Shown piece by piece: positions 44,438 through 52,370 of a DNA stretch of 52,370 nt. The stretch spans positions 1 through 52,370 of the forward strand of contig JAXLQJ010000050.1 of assembly GCA_046331705.1 (NCBI GenBank), written 5' to 3'. Within the stretch, counting starts at the first letter, position 1, and each line of letters opens with the position of its first letter. The notes below the pieces were generated by a model. It made no database searches and was not told where the DNA came from. It worked only from the letters and a program-made list of their open reading frames with translations. A program made the translations under genes and the position numbers. The stretch comes from a bacterium (GTDB lineage: Bacteria > JADJOY01).

Positions 44438-45177
44438 TCAGCTCACGGCGACGCGGATCTTCTCGACCATCTCGCGAACCGCGCGCTCCATGCCGACCAA
44501 CACGGCGCGCGCCACGATGCTGTGCCCGATGTTGAGCTCGACGATGCCCGCCGTGGCGGCGATCGGAGCGACGTTCTGGTAGTCGAGCCCATGACCGGCG
44601 TGGACCTCGAGGCCGAGGCGCTGCGCGTGCGCCGCCGCTTGGCGGACGCGATCGAGCTCCCGCGCCAAGGTGGCCTCGTCGCGCGCGTCGCAGAAGCTGC
44701 CGGTGTGGATCTCGATCCCGCGCGCGCCCAGCTCGCGCGACGCGTCGAGCTGACGGGGCTCGGGATCGACGAACAGGTACGTGGGGATCCCCGCCTCGTC
44801 GAGTCTCCGCACCGCCGCGCCGGTCGCGGCGCGCTCGCGGATCACGTCGAGGCCGCCCTCGGTGGTGAGCTCGGCGCGCTTCTCCGGCACCAGCGTGACC
44901 TGGTCGGGCCGGCGTTCCAGCGCGATCCGCACCATCTCCTCGGTGGCGGCCATCTCCAGGTTGAGGCGCGTCTTGACCGTGTGACGCAGCACCTCGAGAT
45001 CGCGGTCCTGAATGTGGCGCCGGTCCTCGCGAAGATGAATGGTGATGCCGTCCGCTCCCGCGAGCTCGGCGAGGACGGCGGCCGCGACGGGGTCGGGCAC
45101 GGGCGCCCGGCGCGCCTGGCGGACCGTGGCCACGTGATCGACGTTCACCCCGAGCGCCGGGACGCGGCTGGTGCTGG

Positions 45178-45181
<4 letters not shown>
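44438..45181 (-). CDS. pdxJ: Pyridoxine 5'-phosphate synthase
   Basis: [57 protein letters not shown] overlap with glmM. Confidence 0.97.
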
Positions 45182-46550
<1,369 letters not shown>

Positions 46551-46554
<4 letters not shown>

Positions 46555-47510
46555 GGCTTGCGAGCCGAGCTCTCCGGGGGCTGCGGTGGAGCCGACTCGA
46601 CTAGCACACGCGTCGTCGCGGGTTCAAGGCGAACGCGCTCGAAGGGCGCGGGGAGCGACACCGCGACGGCCAGCGAGCGCTCGCCCTTTTCCACGCCCTT
46701 CGCGTCCGCCCACACCACCACGTCGGTGGACTCGAGCGCAGCGAGCCCGGAGGTGGGTCCGCGCAGCGTGACGCTCGCGCGCGCCGGCGTGAGCGTCGCG
46801 AGCTTGCCCGGGCTCACGTTCCGAGTCTCGATCGGCAGGTCGTCGAAGGTGCGCTCGGTCCACGCCTCGTCGATCGCCACGAACGCGACCACGCTGTCCG
46901 GCTGGGCGGAGCGCACCCGCGGATCGCTGCGATCGAGGGCCACCCGCTGGCGAAACGGCGCCTTCACGCCGTCGAGCTCGATCGGCAACGTGCCGATGCG
47001 GCGCAGCCCCTCGGCCTGGCTCTCCGGCACGCTGACGGTGACCCGCGGCGGATCGATGCGCGTCGCTTCGCTCACCAGGCGGAAGCCCGCGAGCGGCTGC
47101 CCGATGGTGACGGCGTCCACCTCGACGACCTTGGTCACCAGCCGCTCCACCATGACGGGGATCTCGGCGGGGCTCACCCGCGTGACCTCGACGCCCGGCG
47201 GCAGCGAGAACTGGTCGCGCGAGATGACGAACGTCGAGGTGCCCGGCTTGACCCCGCTCAGGTCGACGTGGACGCCGAGCTGTCGCGAATCGAGCTGGGC
47301 GAGCTGGGCGCGCGCGCCGGCCACGCGCACGCTCACGCGATCGACGGCTCCCTGGACCACCACCAGATCGGGGCTCAGCCCCCGCAGCTCGAGCGGCACG
47401 AAGAACGCCATCTCCGCCCGTTGCTCGGTGCCGACGAATCGCCACAGCGCGAGCGCCATCATCAGCGCCACGAGCTTGAGGCCCACGTTGCGCGTGAAGA
47501 GATCCTTCAC
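46551..47510 (-). CDS. cdaR: YbbR-like (CdaR) regulator of diadenylate cyclase
   Basis: GTG 47510 overlaps the cdaA stop; single N-terminal TM ([16 protein letters not shown]) then beta-rich YbbR-type repeats; canonical position between cdaA and glmM. Confidence 0.88.
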
Positions 47511-48337
47511 CGCGGCTCCCGCGCGACGTCCGCCGCGCCGAGCTTGGCCCCCGCCGTCGCGGCTCGATCCGCCGCCCGACCCAAGAGCGTCGCGAGGCGC
47601 GAGCGCAGGCGCGAAGCATCCAGGTCGCGATCGAGCGTGCCCGCCACGGCGAGGCTGACCACTCCCGTCTCCTCGGAGACGACCAGCACCACGGCATCCG
47701 AGGCCTCGCTCAGGCCTAGCGCCGCGCGGTGGCGCGTTCCGAGCGCCCGGCTCACGTCCGGGTTCACCGTGAGCGGCAAGAGCGAGCCGGCGGCGGCGAT
47801 CCGGCCGCGGCTCACGATGACCGCGCCGTCGTGCAGCGGCGAGCCGCTCTGGAAGATCGACTCGACGAGCTGCTTGGAGAGCACCGCGTCCACGGAGACA
47901 CCGCTCTCGATGAACTCGCGCAGGCCGGTGCGCCGCTCCAGCACGATCAGGGCGCCGATCCGCCGGCTCGCCAGCGACACCACCGCGCGCACCAGCTCCT
48001 CGAGGTTCATCTCGCTCTCGGCGGGCGCGAGCCGCGAGAAGAGCGGACTGCGCCCCAGCTCCACCAGGCCGCGGCGGATCTCGTGCTGGAACAGCACCAC
48101 GATCACCAGGAAGATCGAGCCCAGGAAGGTCGAGAGCACCGCGTGGATGGTGTGCAGACCGAAGCGATCCGCGACCGCGTAGAGCCCGAGCACCACCGCC
48201 AGGCCCACCAGCATCTGCACCGCGCGCGTGCCCTTGATGAGCACCATGATCCAGTACAGGAAAACCGCGACGATGAGCACGTCCGCGGCGTCCTGCCAGT
48301 GGAAGCTGCCGACCAGCGCGCGCACGATGTCCGTCAC
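47507..48337 (-). CDS. cdaA: Diadenylate cyclase CdaA (DacA)
   Basis: Three N-terminal TMs, FQHEIRR, catalytic LHDGAV and GTRHRAA, VSEETG. Confidence 0.96.
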   Translation of the reverse strand: MTDIVRALVGSFHWQDAADVLIVAVFLYWIMVLIKGTRAVQMLVGLAVVLGLYAVADRFGLHTIHAVLSTFLGSIFLVIVVLFQHEIRRGLVELGRSPLFSRLAPAESEMNLEELVRAVVSLASRRIGALIVLERRTGLREFIESGVSVDAVLSKQLVESIFQSGSPLHDGAVIVSRGRIAAAGSLLPLTVNPDVSRALGTRHRAALGLSEASDAVVLVVSEETGVVSLAVAGTLDRDLDASRLRSRLATLLGRAADRAATAGAKLGAADVAREPR

Positions 48338-49197
48338 GTCGGCGCCTCACTCGCTCGCGCGCCGTGACGGACGCGGTCCGCGACCGCGAGATACGGCCGC
48401 GCCTCGGCCGGATCGTGCAGCCGCAGCACGTCGGCGCCATTCAGCACCGCGGCGACCGCGGCGGCGAAGGTCGGCGGGGCGCGGCCGGCGGGGTCCGCAC
48501 CGCCCACGATCTCGCCCAGGAAGGTCTTTCGAGAGAGTCCCACGAGCAGGGGATAACCCACGCGCGCGAGCTCTCCCAGACGGCGCACGATCTCCCAGTT
48601 GTGCTCGAAGGTCTTGCCGAACCCGATGCCCGGGTCGATCGCGATCCGATCCGCGCCGATCCCCGCGGCGCGCGCTTGCGCGGCGCGCGCCGACAGGTAC
48701 TCGGCGATCTCGGCCACCACGTCCCGGTAGCGCGGGGCCCGTTGCATCGTGCGCGGATCGCCGCGCATGTGCATCAGCACCACGCCCGCCCCCGAGGTGG
48801 CGACCAGCCGCGCCATCACCGGATCGGCGAGCGCGGTGACGTCGTTCACCAGGTGCGCGCCGAGGTCGAGCGCACGAGCCGCGACCTCGGGCTTCGAGGT
48901 ATCGACCGAGATCGCCACGTCGAGCTCCCGCGCGACGCGTTCGATCACCGGCGCCACGCGCGCGAGCTCCTCCGCCGCGGAGACGGGGATCGCTCCGGGC
49001 CGCGTCGACTCGCCGCCGACGTCGACGAGATCCGCGCCGCCCGCGACCAGCGCGCGGGCGCGGTCGAGGGCCGCGTCGGGATCGAGGGCGCGTCCGCCGT
49101 CGTAGAACGAATCGGGCGTGACGTTCAGGATGCCCATCACCAACGTCCGTCGCCCGAGGGCGAGCGTGCGATCCCGCAATCGCCAGCTTGCCGGCAC
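48334..49197 (-). CDS. folP: Dihydropteroate synthase
   Basis: MGILNVTPDSFYDGG, GGESTRPG, DPGIGFGK, SRK, RLHD; GTG 49197 after GGAGG (ORF track extends to 49254). Confidence 0.96.
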   Translation of the reverse strand: MPASWRLRDRTLALGRRTLVMGILNVTPDSFYDGGRALDPDAALDRARALVAGGADLVDVGGESTRPGAIPVSAAEELARVAPVIERVARELDVAISVDTSKPEVAARALDLGAHLVNDVTALADPVMARLVATSGAGVVLMHMRGDPRTMQRAPRYRDVVAEIAEYLSARAAQARAAGIGADRIAIDPGIGFGKTFEHNWEIVRRLGELARVGYPLLVGLSRKTFLGEIVGGADPAGRAPPTFAAAVAAVLNGADVLRLHDPAEARPYLAVADRVRHGARASEAPT

Positions 49198-49293
49198 GCC
49201 GTCCTCCGTGCCCGCGGCGCGGCGCAACCCGTCGCCGGCGCCGGCACCGCCCAATCGCGTCCTCGCGCGCCGCGGCTCGCGACGGACGCGCCG

Positions 49294-51222
<1,929 letters not shown>

Positions 51223-51272
51223 CCGAGACCCACGACCTTTTCTCGTTTGATTTCGCTGAAATGCCGTAACCC

Positions 51273-51301
51273 ACCCTATCAGAAGGGATCGCCACCCTCA
51301 A
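51273..51301 (-). promoter_or_regulatory. Possible promoter for ftsH overlapping the tilS 3' end
   Basis: TTGAGG, 17 nt ending TGA, TAGGGT, followed by a relatively AT-rich spacer. Confidence 0.3.
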
Positions 51302-52346
51302 CCCGCGCGTCCGGCACCGGGATTGCGCCGCCCGGCACGTCGTCCGCGCCCTGCCTCGCCACCAGCGCGTCGGACGCGCGTTCGATCCGCAGCCCGCCGC
51401 CGACGTCCACTCCGCGCCCCTCGGTCACGCCATCCACGAGCAGCTCGACCAGCGCGCGCACCACCGCTCGGCGCGCTTCCAGACCGAACCCGACGAGGAG
51501 CCAGCGAGCCACCACCCGGCGCGCGAGCGCGGGTGAGGCATCCGCGAGCGGCGCGATCGCGAGCGCACCTCGTCCCCGATCGAGAGCGCGCTTCAGGCGG
51601 GCCTCGGTCTCGCCCTGGAAGTGCAGCGCGTCCTCGCGGGCCTCGCGCGCCAACGCCACCAGCGAGCGGCGCAGGTGCCCGGCTCCGTGAGCCTCGAGCC
51701 ACGGCAGAATCGCGTGACGGATCTGGTTTCGCGGCACGCGCGGGTCGGCGTTGGTGGGATCCTCGCGCCAGGCGAGCCCCCTCATCGTCGCATAGCGATG
51801 GAGCTCGACGCGCCACAGGCCGAAGAGCGGCCGTACCCACGGCGCGCTCACCGCGTCCATCCACCACCCGTCGCTCGGGACACCTTGCAGCAGGCGTAGC
51901 ATCAACCACTCGGCCTGATCGTCGGCGTGATGGCCGAGCGCGATCCAGTCCGCGTTCCACTGCCGCGCCTCGCGCGCCAGCGCCTCGCGACGTGCGATGC
52001 GCAAGCGCTCTTCCGGCGAGCCGTGCGCGGGGAGATCGTCCCCCGTGAGCCGTGCGACCACCGCGTCCAGCCCGCGGGCGGCCGCCGCCTCGGCGACGAA
52101 GCGCGCATCCGCCGCGGAATCGACGCGCACCGCGTGATCGACGTGGGCGACGCGCAGCGTGAGCGCGCGCCGCTCGGCGACTCGCGCCAGCACGTCGAGG
52201 AGAACCGTCGAGTCGAGGCCGCCCGAGCACGCCACCAGCACGCGCTGGCCAGGGCCGAGCGCCCGACAGGCATCCAGCTGGTGCAGGACCGGAACCAGCA
52301 GATCCTGGCGGGTCGCGTGGGGCGGCGCCGTCGTCGTCGCGGCCAC
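51279..52346 (-). CDS. tilS: tRNA(Ile)-lysidine synthetase (short form)
   Basis: PP-loop [37 protein letters not shown]; start uncertain near the window edge. Confidence 0.93.
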   Translation of the reverse strand: MAATTTAPPHATRQDLLVPVLHQLDACRALGPGQRVLVACSGGLDSTVLLDVLARVAERRALTLRVAHVDHAVRVDSAADARFVAEAAAARGLDAVVARLTGDDLPAHGSPEERLRIARREALAREARQWNADWIALGHHADDQAEWLMLRLLQGVPSDGWWMDAVSAPWVRPLFGLWRVELHRYATMRGLAWREDPTNADPRVPRNQIRHAILPWLEAHGAGHLRRSLVALAREAREDALHFQGETEARLKRALDRGRGALAIAPLADASPALARRVVARWLLVGFGLEARRAVVRALVELLVDGVTEGRGVDVGGGLRIERASDALVARQGADDVPGGAIPVPDARVEGGDPF

Positions 52347-52370
52347 CGGCTGGAGCTCGACACGCCCGCT

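Overview
A very GC-rich bacterial chromosome segment. The gene order suggests a Myxococcota/Binatia-like former deltaproteobacterium (inference). Every credible gene lies on the minus strand; the long plus-strand ORFs are antisense shadows. In transcription order (right to left): tilS-ftsH-folP-cdaA-cdaR(ybbR)-glmM-pdxJ-nnr-tsaE-lysC-cimA-comEA-like-lipoprotein-cysE-mnmA-mtaB-rnc-era-der; an accessory triad (Zn-ribbon/tandem-FHA protein, SAM methyltransferase, UPF0104 flippase-like protein); gamma-CA-ppx-guaB-guaA-dnaE-exported FlgT/DUF2066-like protein-gltA; tRNA-Val-infC-rpmI-rplT-pheS-pheT-merR-tRNA-Pro-surE-apt; a complex I operon nuoABCD-H-JKLMN without nuoEFG or nuoI; and a small ribbon-helix-helix gene with an Arg-rich tail. 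The region is mostly housekeeping, with no mobile element, CRISPR array or rRNA. Best leads: the reduced nuo operon with its RHH gene and flanking palindromes, the FHA triad with a candidate promoter and 11-bp tandem repeat, a probable CTG start for infC, an internal start for an aspartokinase beta subunit, and a sigma54-like site before nnr. About ten indels are confined to 5.57-7.92 kb and are probably consensus errors.
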